Assembly: GCF_009914755.1 (NCBI RefSeq)
Contig: NC_060926.1
From: the human T2T-CHM13v2.0 reference genome, Homo sapiens
Reading direction: 5' to 3' (one strand)
DNA: 64,000 nt
Shown: piece after piece, positions 1 through 12,820 of the stretch
Position numbering within the stretch: the first letter of the stretch is position 1
How the letters are laid out: each line of letters starts with the position of its first letter
Position numbers and translations under genes: made by a program
The notes under the pieces: generated by a model
What the model saw: only the letters and a program-made list of their open reading frames with translations
What the model was told of the DNA's origin: nothing
Databases searched by the model: none

Positions 1-292
1 CAATGCCACAGTTTATTTCAAAGAGGCTGTACAGTATTGAGGCAAAGTGTTTCACAGTTCTCTGAGGTTGAAGGTAGGAGCCTGAGAAATTCTGGAACAT
101 AACTATGTGAGATTCTGAAAGCTATTTTAAGTTACTTCTTTGTTTTGAAAAATATTTATATAATGTTTTTATTACATGTAATGTAGTAAACTTCCTCCCC
201 TTTTAGTACATATCTTTTCCTTAAAAAAAAAAACTTTATTATATATTCAAATACTGGTTGGTTGCCTTAAAATTTATTGAAAAATCAGCTGT

Positions 293-542
293 AGAAGTAA
301 TAAGATCTAGTGTTTGGCAGCACAATAGGGTGAGTATAGTTAACAGTAATTTATTGTGTATTTCAAAATAAAGAGTGGAATTGGAATTTTCTTAACACAA
401 AGAAATGATAAGTGCTTGGGGTGATGGATATCTCAATTTCCTTAATTTGATTTTTATACATTATGTGCTTGTATGAAAATATCACATATACCCCATAAAT
501 AAGTACAGCATTATATATCTATAATAGTTAAAAATTTAAAAA
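293..542 (+). mobile_element. L1 3' end fragment (L1MA-like)
   Basis: L1 3'UTR motifs gcacaatagggtgagtatagttaac...cacaaagaaatgataagtgcttggggtgatggata...ccccataaat, followed by an A-rich end. Confidence 0.8.
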
Positions 543-827
543 GTCTGTCTTTAACATTATCCAGTCGTGTCCATTAAAAAGACACATTTTGTAAAGTTCC
601 TTAAAAATAAAGATCTTTGCAAGTATTTATCTTAAAAAGCATTCTTTACTTTTATAAAGGGCTCATTGCAGAGTTCTTTTAAATGCAGAAACTCTTCACA
701 TTGCATTTTTAATATGATTTTATTTATAAAAGTAACTGTGTCACAACTATTCAGTAAACACTTTGTAATTTATTTAAGATCAGGTTTTTTTAAAGTGGGA
801 CAATTTTTTGCATGAGATTAAAAATAA

Positions 828-2085
828 AAACAGCTTTATTGAGATACAATTACATACCGTGCAGTTTACCCTCTAAAGTATACAATTCAGTGGCTTTTTA
901 CAAATATAGTCACAAAGTTGTACAACCATCACTAATTTCAGAAAATATTTATCATCACAAAAAGAAAGCTTGTACCAGTTAGCAGTCGCTTCCCATTCTC
1001 CTGTTCCCCATTGTCTGGCAACCATTAATCTACTTTCTGTCTCTATGAATTTTCATATTCTAGACATTTCATATAAATAGATTCATACAATAATAATACA
1101 ATAAGTAGCCTTTTGTGTCTGGCTCATTTCACTTAGCTTAATGTTTTCAAGGTTTATCCACATTGGAGCATTATATCAGTACTTTCTTTCAAATTTGAAT
1201 AATATTCCATTACATGTATAATGTCACAATTTATTCATTCATCAGTTGACGGACATTAGTTGTTTCCACTTTTTGGCGATTGTGCATAATGCTGGTACAA
1301 ACAATGTGCAAGTTTTTGTGTGGACATGTCTTCACTTCTGTTGGGTATATGTATACCTACGAGTGGATTTGTAGGGTCAGATGGTAGCTCTATGTTTAAC
1401 CTCTTGAGGAACTGCCAGACTGTTTTCAAAAGTGACTGCACCATTTTGCATTCACACCAGCAGTGTATAAGTGTTCCAGTTTCTTCATATTTTCATAAAC
1501 ACTTATTATTATATGTCTTTTTGATTATAGCCATCCAAGTGGGTAATTAAGAGCTATCTTACTGTGATTTTGATTGCACTTCCCTGTTGGCTAATGATCT
1601 TGAACATCTTTCTATGTATTTATTTGACATTTGTATATCTTCTTGGAGAAATACCTGTTCAGACCCTTTGCCCTTTTAAAATTGGGGTATTTGCCTTTAT
1701 ATTGTTGACTTGTGAGATTTCTTTGTTCTGGGTACAAGTCCTTTATTAGCTATGTGATTTGCAAAATTATCTCCCTGTGGATTGTCTTCACTTTCTAGAT
1801 AGTCTCATTTGAAGGCCAAAATTTTTAATTTTGATGAAGTTTAATTTATCTATTTTTGTTGTTGTTGCTTGATTTTGGTTTCATGTCTGAGAAAGCATTG
1901 CCTAGCCCAAAGTTATAAAGATTTATTCTTATGTTTCCTTGAAGAATCTTGTAGTTTTTTGCTGTTACACTTAGGTCTTTGATTCATTTTGAGTTAATTT
2001 TTGCATGATATGAGGTAGGGGCCCAACTTCATTCTTTTGCCTGTGGCTTTCCAGTTGTCCCATCACCATTTGTTGAAAAGATGCT
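828..2085 (-). mobile_element. L1MB-like 3'UTR and ORF2 end (first part)
   Basis: Begins cagctttattgagata..., a typical antisense L1M 3' end. The minus-strand ORF at 1256-1444 resembles the ORF2 C-terminus (WQFLKRLNIELPSDP). Confidence 0.85.
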
Positions 2086-2094
2086 TAAAAAACC

Positions 2095-2329
2095 CATTTA
2101 ATTGGGATAAAATATACTTAACAAAATTTACCATATTAACCATTTTTAAGTGTACACTTCAGTAGTGTACTTTTATGAAACACACTACTTCAGGTGTTTT
2201 GTATAAGTGGAGTCATTATAGTATTTGTCTTTTTGTGACTATTTTACTTGATGTCGTCAATATTCATTCATGTTGTAGCATGTTTTAAAATTTTTCTCCT
2301 TTTAAGGCTGAATAATATTTCATTATGTG

Positions 2330-2376
<47 letters not shown>

Positions 2377-2705
2377 GTCACATTTGGTTTATCCATTCAT
2401 CTGTTTGTGGACAATTGGGTTGCTTCTACTCTTTGGCTATTGTGAATCATGTTGCTGTGAACAGATGTGTGCAAATATCTCTGATAATCTCCTTTTAGCT
2501 ACTTAGGGTATATTCTCAGAAGTAGATTTCTGGATCATATGTTAATTTTTAATTTTTTTGTGTGGAATTACCACTGTGTTTCCTATAGTGGCTGTACCAT
2601 TTTACATTCCCACCAGCACTTCCAAGGGGTTCCAATTTCTTCATGTTCTCACCCACCCTTGTTATTTTTTTGTTTGATAGTAGCTCTTCTAATGAGTGTG
2701 AGATG
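2095..2705 (-). mobile_element. Second L1MB-like 3' end nested inside the previous L1
   Basis: A new L1 3' terminus (aaaatttaccatattaaccatttttaagtgtac) interrupts ORF2-type sequence, which resumes at ~2710. Confidence 0.75.
2333..2370. repeat. (CA)n microsatellite
   Basis: Read directly. Confidence 0.97.
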
Positions 2706-2709
2706 ATGA

Positions 2710-3428
2710 AAATACTTTTTTGCCCCATTGAATTGTGTTGGCACCCTTGTCAAAAATCAGTAGGCCATAAATTTGAAGGTTTATTTATGGACTCTGAATT
2801 CTGTTCCATTGATCTGTATTCCTATCCATATTCCAGCACCACATTGTCTTCATTGCTGTAGCTTTGTAACAACTTTTATAATTGAGAACGCCTGCAAATT
2901 ATTTTTAAATATTTCTTTGGCTATTTGCATCCCTTCCATTTTCATATGATTTTTAGGATTGGCTTGTCAATTTCTGCAAAGAGTCCAGCTAGGGCTTTGG
3001 TAGGGATTGCATGGGATCTACAGATCAACTTGGGTTGTGTTGCCATTTTAACAATAGTAAGTCTTCTAGTTGACAAACATGAGATGTCTTTCCATTTATT
3101 TAGGCCTTTTTTAATTTCTTCAAACAATGTTGTGTAGTTGCTAGTGTACATTTCTTATACTTCTTTTGTTAAGTTTATTCCTAAGTATTTTGTTCTTTTT
3201 GATCTCATTGTAAATGGAATTTTAAAAAATTATTTTTGGATCGTTAATTACTGTTGTACAGAAATGCGGTTGATTTTTGTACATTTATCTTGTATCTTGC
3301 AACCTTGCTGAAGCTGTTTATTAGTTCTCATTGTTTGTGTGGATTCATTGGGATTTTTTACATGCAAGATTTATGTCATCTGTAGATAGAGATAGTTTTG
3401 CTTTTTTCCAATGTAGATACATTTTGTA

Positions 3429-3467
<39 letters not shown>

Positions 3468-3530
3468 CAAATTGTTCTTGCTAGAGCCTCCAGTATAATG
3501 TTGAATAGAATCAACCAGAATGGATATTCC
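2710..3530 (-). mobile_element. L1 ORF2 fragment continuing the 828-2085 element; contains a poly-T run at 3431-3465
   Basis: Minus-strand ORF 2942-3151 (EEIKKGLNKWKDISCL..RLTIVKMA...IP) is ORF2-like. Confidence 0.85.
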
Positions 3531-4189
3531 TTTAAGTAGATTTTTTCAATGTTTACCAGTTTGGAAATATTTATTACTAGCAGTGTTCCTTTGTGAACTT
3601 GAAAATGCAGCCATTCTTCTATAGCAGCAAAAGTGATAAAATTTCTTTTATTGGAATTTAGCATGTTATTTATTTTTAGAATGTCAAGGGACAATAGATC
3701 CTAGATTGGCATTTTTCAAAACTTTGATATCTTTGCTCTGTTAACTTTTTGATTTTTTTTCCTAAAGTAACTAAAGTAAGCCAACTATAGGACTTTTAAA
3801 AACACATCTCTAAAGTATGTTCCTTCCTAAAGAATATGCTTGCTGTGTATATTTGAAAGAATGAGTAATCAGGACATTCATATTATCTCTACTTGTGCTT
3901 TTTAGCCAAGGCTTGAGTTAATGCCTTATAGTTAGCACTTTTGAATTTTATGATTTATCATAGATACAATTGATCATCTGAGATGATGATAGTGGCTAGG
4001 GTGAGAGGAGGTGGTTGTACTACTTTTGATAATTTAATTTTATACCTGTCTTCTGAAGGATACATTTTCTTGTTTAAATTTCTTCCCTACAGAAGCTCCA
4101 GGAGTGACTTTGCTATGACTTCTTCTTCTTTTTTTAAATAAAAATATATTTTATTTTTAGTTTTTTTTGTGTGTTGCATTTCTCACATT

Positions 4190-4560
4190 TTATTTTATTT
4201 TTATTTTTTATTCCAGTAGGTTTTTGGGGAACAGGTGGTGTTTGGTTACATGAATAAATTCTTTAGCGGTGATTTCTGAGATTTAGGTGCACCCATCACC
4301 AGAGTAGTGTAGACTGTACTCAGTGTGTAGTCTTTTATCCCTCACCTCCTCCCACCCTTTCCCTCGAGTCCCCAAAGTCCATTAAGTCATTCTTACGCCT
4401 TTGCATCTTCAAAGCTTAGCTCCCACTTATGTGTGAGAGCATACAATGTTTGGTTTTCCATTCCTGAGTTACTTCACTTAGAATAATCGTCTCCAATTCC
4501 ATCCAGGTTGCTGCAAATGCCATTATTTTGTTTCTTTTTATGGCTTAGTAGTATTCCATG

Positions 4561-4606
<46 letters not shown>

Positions 4607-5012
4607 CTACGATTTCTTTATCCGCTTGTTGACTGATGGGCATTTGGGCTGGTTCCATAGTTTTGCAATTGTGAATTGTGCTGCTATAAGCATGCGTGTG
4701 CAAGTATCTTTTTTGTATAATGACTCCTTTTCCTCCAGGTAGATACCCAGTGGTGGGATTGTGGATCAAATGGTATTTCTACTTTTAGTTCTTTAAGGAA
4801 TCTCCACACTGTTTTCCATAGTGGTTGTACAAGTTTACATTCCCACCAGCAGTGTAAAAGTGTCCCCTTTCACCACATCTGCGCCAACATCTATTATTAA
4901 TATTTTTTTGATTATGGCCATTCTTGCATGAGTAAGGTGGTAATCGTATTGTGGTTTTGATTTGCATTTCCCTGATAATGGGTGATGTTGAGCATTTTTT
5001 CATATGTTTGTT
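4190..5012 (-). mobile_element. L1PB-like 3' end
   Basis: gtaggtttttggggaacaggtggtgtttggttacatgaat... plus ORF2 C-terminal peptide MKKCSTSPIIREMQIKTT. Confidence 0.88.
4562..4604. repeat. (TG)n microsatellite
   Basis: Read directly. Confidence 0.97.
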
Positions 5013-6559
5013 GCTATGCCTTATTCTTCACTGAAGATTTTTTTCAGCACTTAGACGTTCAGTTCAGAGAATAGAATTTCTTTAATTTATTGAGTGTTTA
5101 TTGAATATATTCTATTTGTGCTGTACTTTCCCCTGTCAGAAACATTAAATAAGTATAAAAACATGTCTGTTCTGTGGATGCTTACAATTTAATTAGGAAG
5201 ATCAATTATATGTACTCACCTTGTACCGCTGTGTATTTGTGGCTCTGGGTCTATGTCTTATATCCCTCACTAAACATGAGCTCCTTGAGAATAAATATCT
5301 TTGTATTGACACAGCGTGTCACAGTATCTCACAGGTAGCTTGTGTTTATTATGATTTTTTAAAATTAATAGAGCAATAAAACAATATAAGACTACTTACA
5401 ACTAAATACTAAAGTGAATGGCGTAATTAGTCAGGATTTTAATTTCAGAAGTAACAATGATCTGTGTGTTCTGGATTTATTAGGGTAGGCTTCATACAAG
5501 AGACAATTTAGTGGGCTCATAAAGGATGGTAAGAACTGAGCAAGGAGAGAGATATAGTGTTTGATGTCATAGTATTTGGAGGGCATTGAGCAGATCATAT
5601 TGACTGGAAGAAAAGACAGGCTTGTAGATAAAGAGAAGGGTGGATATCAGTTTGAAAAGTTTGCTTTTACTCCATTTGATATTAGAGACTCATTTAAGTT
5701 TCTTGAGTTAGGAAGTTTTGGGACAAAATAGCACATTAAGAATATTTACTTGGTGATAATATGTATTATGGACTGGAGGGCAGCTAGTATTAGGAGATCA
5801 TTTTAAAAGGTATGATAATGATTGAGTTTCTTTAGTCTGTCAGCTTTTAATAGCAGGGTTTTTTTTTTGTTTGATCTTTAATGCCTATCATAGTGGCTAT
5901 GGCAAAGTTCAAATATTTATTTGGTGGATGAGTGAATGTATGGACTAGGTGATCTGGGCCTGGAAGGGGCTGTTAACAGTAGGAAAAATCCATATGAGTG
6001 ACATTTTGGAGGAAAAATTGAGATGACTTATTTTCTAAGAGTATACAGGGTGTATGAAAGGTTGAAGATGACACTGAAGTTTTAGCATGGAATCAGGGAA
6101 CGAGAGGAGTGAGAAAAGGGAGAGTCATCATCATGTTTTAGTCTTGCTGAGTTTGACATTGAAATGCCTAGTACATAGATATTTAAGGACTCAAATGAGA
6201 ACTGAAGTTTAAATGTTTACATTTGGATAAAATTTTATAGATACTGTTTGAGCAGTAAAAATGATTGGATTGATAAAGCTGTTATGTATGTATGTGTACA
6301 GAGGTGGTATACATGTACACAAGTATACATATTTTTATACATTACAACTCAATATGTGTGTTAGATTGTCGATAAACTAATCTACTTGTTAGTATTAGCA
6401 TAATGATAAGAGCTGATTCTTGGGATGAGCAGAGGAAAAAAGGGAGCTACAGAAGAATTCAGAAAAGAAACAGGTAGAAGAACTTGCAATCTAAATTTGC
6501 TAATGAGACTTTGTAAATTTGTCTTATGTTTCAAAACAAAAGTAATACTTCCATTATCA

Positions 6560-6790
6560 CATGTTGAGAACTTACTATATGCTGGACACTGCTAGGCATG
6601 CCATCTCTTTTTATCGTCACAATAAATCTGTGACATTAGTACTATTATATCTACTTCTTACTGATGAAGAAACTGAAGTCTAAAGAAGTTAAAACTTGCT
6701 CAAGATCACTTGAGCTAATAAATAATGAGGAGACCTTGTGGATATAAATCTAAGTTTTTGTGAACTATAAGCCATATGTTCTTTCCATTA
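6560..6790. mobile_element. MIR SINE
   Basis: MIR core gatgaagaaactgaagtctaaagaagttaaaacttgctcaagatcac. Confidence 0.7.
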
Positions 6791-7038
6791 TACAAAAGTA
6801 TGTATGTTTAATTTCTGCAAGGCAAAGACTGTGTCTATACAGAATCAGTCTTCGTAAAGGCTTACTAATTAATTAGCAGGCAGTGATTGGACAGTAATGT
6901 TACCTGTAAAAATAATCAGTACATATTTTGGATGTGGCTGCTTCTACTTTTCTCCTTGGATATTTACATTCACAGTGTACTTGGAGATAAAGCTTTTTTG
7001 ATTGCTTGTTGTGGATGTTAAATTGAAAAAGGATAGCA

Positions 7039-7338
7039 GGCCTGGGATAGTGGCTCACACCTATAATCCCAGCACTTTGGGAGGCTGAGGTGGGTTGATC
7101 GCTTGAGCTCAGGAGTTCGAGACCAGCCTGCACAACATGGCGAAACCCCATCTCTAATAAAAATACAAAAATTATCTGGGCATGGTGACATGTTCCTGTA
7201 GGCTCAGCTCCTTGGGGGGCTGAGATGGGAGAATTGCTTGAGCCTGGGAGGTCGAGGCTGCAGTGAGTCAAGATGACACCGTTGCACTCCAGTCTGGATG
7301 ACAAAGTGAGACCCTGTCTCAAAAAAAAAAAAAAAAAA
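7039..7338 (+). mobile_element. Alu (AluJ-like), ~160 nt upstream of the 95-nt exon
   Basis: Dimeric Alu with A-tail and J-type gcttgagcctgggaggtcgaggctgcagtgag; degenerate TSD. Confidence 0.95.
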
Positions 7339-7498
7339 GATATCAGTTTATTTGAAGAATTAATCATCTGGAAAGTGCTTTTCAAATGGTTTTCTTAAAC
7401 TAATGTAAATTTCTTTTAGAAGTTTTTCTGATACAGTCTTCAGAATATTCATACTTAGAAAGGAAATAAAAAGGACCTGTCATTTTCTTTTATTTCAG

Positions 7499-7593
7499 GG
7501 GATATCATTTTCAATGCCCAATACCCAGAACTGCCTCCCGATTTTATCTTTGGAGAAGATGCTGAATTCCTGCCAGACCCCTCAGCTTTGCAG
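7499..7593 (+). CDS. BABAM2: BABAM2 (BRE/BRCC45) internal coding exon, 95 nt (probably exon 4), phase 1 to 0
   Basis: Pyrimidine tract plus acceptor tttcag ending at 7498; donor CAG|gtgagt at 7594. Translates (W)[31 protein letters not shown], which I recognise as BRE protein. Joins in frame to the next exon. Confidence 0.97.
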
Positions 7594-10500
7594 GTGAGTA
7601 CTGCAGACTTGCTTGAATGATCTTTCTTTGGTGAAAGGAAAACAAAATTGGCTTTCAGCAGTTGCTTAACAGATAGATTTGTCACACATCTGCATTTTTT
7701 TCCCACCCCTCTTTTCTCTGTCCTGTGAAATAGATGGAACTCTTTATGTGCCATAGTAGTTAAATAAGAGGTTTTTTTCATTGCTGTTTAGTTTCAGGGT
7801 ATTTCGAATTAATGAAAGTCTCTAGCATATTGGTTGAAATATTTTTACTTCAGTTTAAAGAGACATGTTGAAAATATTTTCTTTGTTTTAACATAATATA
7901 TCATGCCTGCAATCAATTTTCTAATGTTTACTAACACTTCATTACAGGGCTCGTTAGGAGAGTGTTTCTTGGCTCTTCAAGGAGCCGTTTTTATATAGAA
8001 GTGAAAGTGGCAAATTTGGACTTGTATCCGCATTATCTCAGTATCTCAGTATTGTTATCAGAAGGGTAAAGACCAGATTAAGTGTTCTTTATCAAGCAAC
8101 ACCAGAAACTTTGTAGTTGAAATAAAATGTTTCTGGAATTAAAGCAGAAATATTCACCATTAGGGAAAGGGTGGTGGTACTTGTTGGAGCACATATGCTT
8201 TAGTAAGCATACGTACTTACTAAAAAAGTTGTGTGTTTTGCATGGTGGATGGAGAAAAACACATGCCATTTTGTTTAAATGGTTCTGACCAGACAAAATG
8301 TCTCTTTTTATTTCTTCTCAAATTTGAGTTTGGTATGATACCTATACTAGAAGAGGTTTTATAGTTGTTCAAAACTATACTCTTAGTTTCGTTTCCTGGA
8401 AATTTTTTGTCTTATTCAAGTTTTATTGTTAAAAGTTTTGATGACTTACTTTGAACTCTTGCCCTGCTTCCACCCTTTAAAGGTATTAAACAGGAAGTAG
8501 TAACCCAAACCTAAAGTATTGTCTTAAACATTAGAACATAGCTGTAAAAATATTGTTGGCAAGAGTAAGGTGGATTCGTGGTGAAGTTTCTAATAATTGA
8601 ACATCAGCTGTAATTTTTTTAATTAAAAAAATCTGAGTTCAATATGGCCCCTTTAGATGCTGTGTGTTACGTATTCACCCCATATTAAAGCTGAGAGTCT
8701 TAAACCTGGAAAAAAAAATGACACAGAGATTTCACCACAGACTTCTTCTGTATTAAGTCTGCCCAGAGGAGGGTGGCATATGCTGGATGCCAAAGATGTA
8801 TTCCAGGCTAAGTGCCTCAGGAATTTAAAGGTGGTCAGAAAAAGCTTTGTAGTTGAGGCGAGACTTGTACTCATTCTTGAAGAATGGAACAAAAGTGGGA
8901 GGTATGACAAAGAGTATTTCAGGTGGGGGAATGACATAAGCACATTGGGGGAATGACATAAGCACATTGGAAGTAGCTAGGATTTGTCTAATGTATTTCA
9001 GAAGGCACTGACAGGTTTGCTGAAATGTAAGTCAATATAAGGAAGGGATCAACAAGGTTAGAAAGGTAAATTGGGAGAAGACTGTGGGGCACATTGAATG
9101 CTGGGCTAGGAGCCATTGAAGGAAATGATGAAGGGAGAATCATCTAATAGCAGTGTGGTCAATATAATGGAATAAGGAGAGATCGAAGACCAGAATTGAG
9201 GATAGTTGTAAAAATTCAGTGGAGGGAGAAAGGGCTTTGAGCTAGGGTGATGCAAGAAGAAACAGCATAATGGAAAGAATAAAAAAGTCATGTTTACAAC
9301 TTCTTTTTTTTTGAAATTGCATTTAAAATTCATAGCACATATCTTTAATATTTGGCAAGTATTGTGTAAGTGTAGAATTTAAATGCTAGAAAGGATCTTA
9401 AGATTCATTTTATTCTAATCTTCCATTTTAATATTGAGGAAATTGACCTAGATTTATATAATTCTGTGTCAGACCTGATATTATAACACCACTCTTAAGA
9501 TGTTTAGTCCCTGAGTGAAGTTATCACAAATGTTTTGAGAATATAGCTGAAAAAGAATAGCCGAAAAAATCAAAGCACTAGATCTAAGTGAAAGATTGCA
9601 AATCTAGGGGAACACCTTCTCCTTAGTGATAGTTCATCTACGGCCTTGGGTAGACTACCCAGGGCTTCTTCATGGATCAGCGGGCTGAGCAAGCCCAGAT
9701 AAGCAACCAGAGCATACCCTCCACTAGTTGGGCGATGTCCAAATAGTTCTGAAGGTTGCTCTTGATGGTTATTGTTGTCTGATTAAAACACCAGACAGGT
9801 TAACTACAAGGCCTGATCCCCAGCAGACATTTCTCTGAGTGTAGCTTGTCTCTGAAAGATTTTTCACTCACTTGTTAACAGATTTTGGTTTAATTCTTGG
9901 ATTCAGTTCAGACATTTTTCCCCTTCCTGTAGTGCTCAGAGCACAATCATTAATAACCTGACTAGTCTACATATGGTTCTGAATGAAGGGGGAATACAAA
10001 TTTCATCACCCATGGAGTGGAAAACAGAATGCCTAGATTTCTTGGATTTTTCCTGAAGTATGTCTTGCAGAAGGGCATGAGTATATACCCTTAGAACCTG
10101 GGAGTGTAGTCTGAAGTAGTTCCTGTGGCAGGTGTGGAATTTCTTTGAAGTTTCTGGGTTTTATCTTAAAAATTCATGAAAATTTTATATTTGATTCTGT
10201 AATATACCTGTATTTTTAAAACAAAAATATATTAAATTATAAATATTTGAGAAAAAAATGACTCTTCAATGTGTCTCAGTTTGAGAAATGTAGTTTTAGA
10301 GAATATGTGTAATATATATAATCTTTTATTTATTCAATTTATTTAAATCAAATCGTTTCTGGGGAAAAAAAAAGGATTTGAGGTAGCTTAAGTAAAGGAC
10401 ACACATAAGGTTAATAGGAATATGTGACGTGCTGTGATCCATCCAATGAGGCCACCTCTTTCTAAACTCAGACTCTTCATTTAGGGAGGTGAGTTCCATT

Positions 10501-10607
10501 AAGGAACTTGAGATTTTCAGATAAATGGAAAATACTAGATAGAGAGGTATCTCATAGATAGCAAAGGTAAACTCTCATACAATCATTGAGCTAGGACATT
10601 AATGGTT

Positions 10608-10769
10608 CAGTGGTTCCCAATTCTAGATATACATTAAAATAAATTGAAAAGCCTTTTAAAAATACAGATTACTGGACCTACTGAATTATATCCTTTGGGG
10701 AGCCCAAGAACTTATTAAATTCTCTGGGCTATTTTTATGATTTCTCTGAGCTGTTACTGGGAACTACTG
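10608..10769. mobile_element. MER5-like hAT-Charlie element
   Basis: Terminal inverted repeats cagtggttccca ... tgggaactactg. Confidence 0.65.
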
Positions 10770-10884
10770 ATTGAATCCATCTTTTATAGTAATGTTTCCA
10801 ACAGAAGGCTGTTTGCCTTTGCTTAACATTATTTCCAGTGAAGTATTATTTTCCATTCTGGAGACAGTTCAAAAGTTTTTTTAA

Positions 10885-11780
10885 GTAACAGCTTTATTGA
10901 GACAATTTATATGCCGTACAATTCACCTAAAGTGTGTAATTCAGTTGTTTTTAGTATGTTCACAGAATTGTGCAGCTTGCATCTATCACCACAAATTTAG
11001 AACCTTGTCATAATCCCAAAAAGAAACCTTAAACTTATTAGCAGTCACTTCCCTATATTCCCACCCTGATCCACCACCACCCAAAGTAGCAACTTATCTG
11101 CATTTTGTCTCTATGGATTTGCCTATTCTGGACATTACATATAAATGGAATCATATAATATGTTGTCCTTTGTTACTGATCTCTTTGACTTAGCGTATTG
11201 TTTTCAATGAAGCATGTATTACTGTTTTATTTTCTTATTGCCAAATACGATTACATCGTGTGCATATACTGCATTTTATTTATCCATTCATCAGTTGATA
11301 GACTTACAGGTTGTTGCCGTATTTTAGCTATTGTAACTACTGTTGTGTGGATATTTTTATTTCTCTTGGATATATTTCTAGGAATGGAATTGCAGGGTCA
11401 AATGGTAACTCTATGTTTAACTTTTTGAGGAAATACCAAACTGTTTTCAAAAGTGGCTGTGGCATTTTACATTCTTACCAGAAGTGTATGAGTGTTTCAG
11501 TTTCTCCACATTCTCAGCAACACTTGCTATTATGTCTTTTTTATTATAGCCATCCTAGTGGGTATGAAGTGGTATCTCATACCCACAAATGAAGTGGTAT
11601 CGCACTGTAGTTTTGATTTGTGCTTTTTTTGATGGCTGGTGATACTGAGCATCTTTTCATGTGCCTATTGGCTATTTGTATATATCCTTTGGAGAAATGT
11701 CTATTCAGATCCTTTGCCCATTTAAAAATTGGATTGTCTTTTATTGTTCAGTTGTAAGAGTTCTTTATTCTGAGCATAAA
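10885..11780 (-). mobile_element. L1MB-like 3' end
   Basis: Begins aacagctttattgagacaattt...; closely resembles the element at 828-2085. Confidence 0.85.
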
Positions 11781-11892
11781 AATAAACAAAAGACAAAGAG
11801 TCACATCCATTAGTATTTATTGCTTGTATACTGTGCATTGAACACTGTTCAATATGGAACTTGACCTCAAGAAGTCTAAATTTTATGGAGGT

Positions 11893-11954
11893 GGCTGGGT
11901 GCAGTGGCTCATGACTTGTAATCCTAGTACCCTGTCTCTCAATCAATCCATCAA
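11893..11954 (+). mobile_element. Internally deleted Alu/FLAM monomer (62 nt) with 16-bp TSDs
   Basis: ggctgggtgcagtggctcatgacttgtaatcctagtac joined to cctgtctct plus tail. Flanked by taaattttatggaggt (11877-11892) and taaattttagggaggt (11955-11970). Confidence 0.85.
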
Positions 11955-12269
11955 TAAATTTTAGGGAGGTAAGACGTAGATATCTAAAAGCAAATACAGG
12001 TAGTATATAATTAAAATGTTGGAATAATTGAAACAAAAGCAATGCTATGGGGTAGTTAAATACTGTTTTTCACGTACAATATGTGATGTGAGAAGAGAGG
12101 ATGTTCAATAAATTAAGATGGAGTCTCCATTGTAATAAAAAAGGAAAATTATTGTAGGTTGGAATTTTGGGATTAAAATAATCTAGAAGAAGTTAAGTGA
12201 TGGGTAGGTTATGCTATAGCTGTCACCCAATTGCTTCTTTAACTTGAACTTCTTCTCTTTTGCTCTTTT

Positions 12270-12820
12270 GCTCCTTGCTCAGCCCTTTCCAGCCACAGAG
12301 GCATCCTTGCCATTCCTCAGACATTCTAAACACACTCCCACCTTAGGGCCTTTTCATTTGCTATTGACCATTTTTTATTTACTCTACCTGTAACCCTTCC
12401 TGCACTTACCTGAATGGCTTGTTCTCTCCTTTCTTGAAGTGTCATTATATCAGAGAGGCTTTCCCTGACATCCCTATGCAAAATAGCAATACTCTCCTCA
12501 GTACATTCTCATCTTTGTTGTGGTCTGTTTTCTTCAAAGCACTTATCATCATTTGATGATTTTTGGTTGCTTGTTTGGTGTCTGTCTCTGCCAGGGTGAC
12601 CAACTGCCTTGATTTGCCCTGGACTGAGGGGTTTTCTGGGATGCAGGACATTCAGAGTTAAAAAAGGGCAGTCCCAGGCAAACTGGGATAATGAGTCATC
12701 CTTGTCTTTTCACTGGATTGGCAGCTTCAGGAGAGAGTGGAATTTGTTCACTGCTATATCCTGGTAATTTGAAGAGTGCCTGGTATGTAGGGGTATACAA
12801 TACATGTTTGTTAGATGAAC
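12270..12820. mobile_element. L2 3' fragment interrupted by MER81
   Basis: L2-type phrases: ccaccttagggccttttcatttgct, cagagaggctttccctgac, gtgcctggtatgtaggggtatacaatacatgtttgttagatgaa. Confidence 0.65.
12592..12702. mobile_element. MER81-like hAT-Blackjack element
   Basis: agggtgaccaactgccttgatttgccctggactgagggg...gtcccaggcaaactgggata..gagtcatcct, with inverted termini. Confidence 0.75.

Noticed and set aside
6900-7385. 161-aa ORF and similar ones (15107, 17395, 43693, 48299, 59830, 62347, 62693, 63777)
   Set aside because: Translations of Alu sequence ([16 protein letters not shown] motifs).
7455-7781. 108-aa minus-strand ORF
   Set aside because: Antisense shadow of the BABAM2 exon with no recognisable protein similarity.
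8924-8970. 22-bp perfect tandem duplication; similar ones at 29563-29599, ~37680-37725 and ~61490-61570
   Set aside because: Ordinary slippage duplications with two copies each and no repeat-spacer architecture, so not CRISPR-like.
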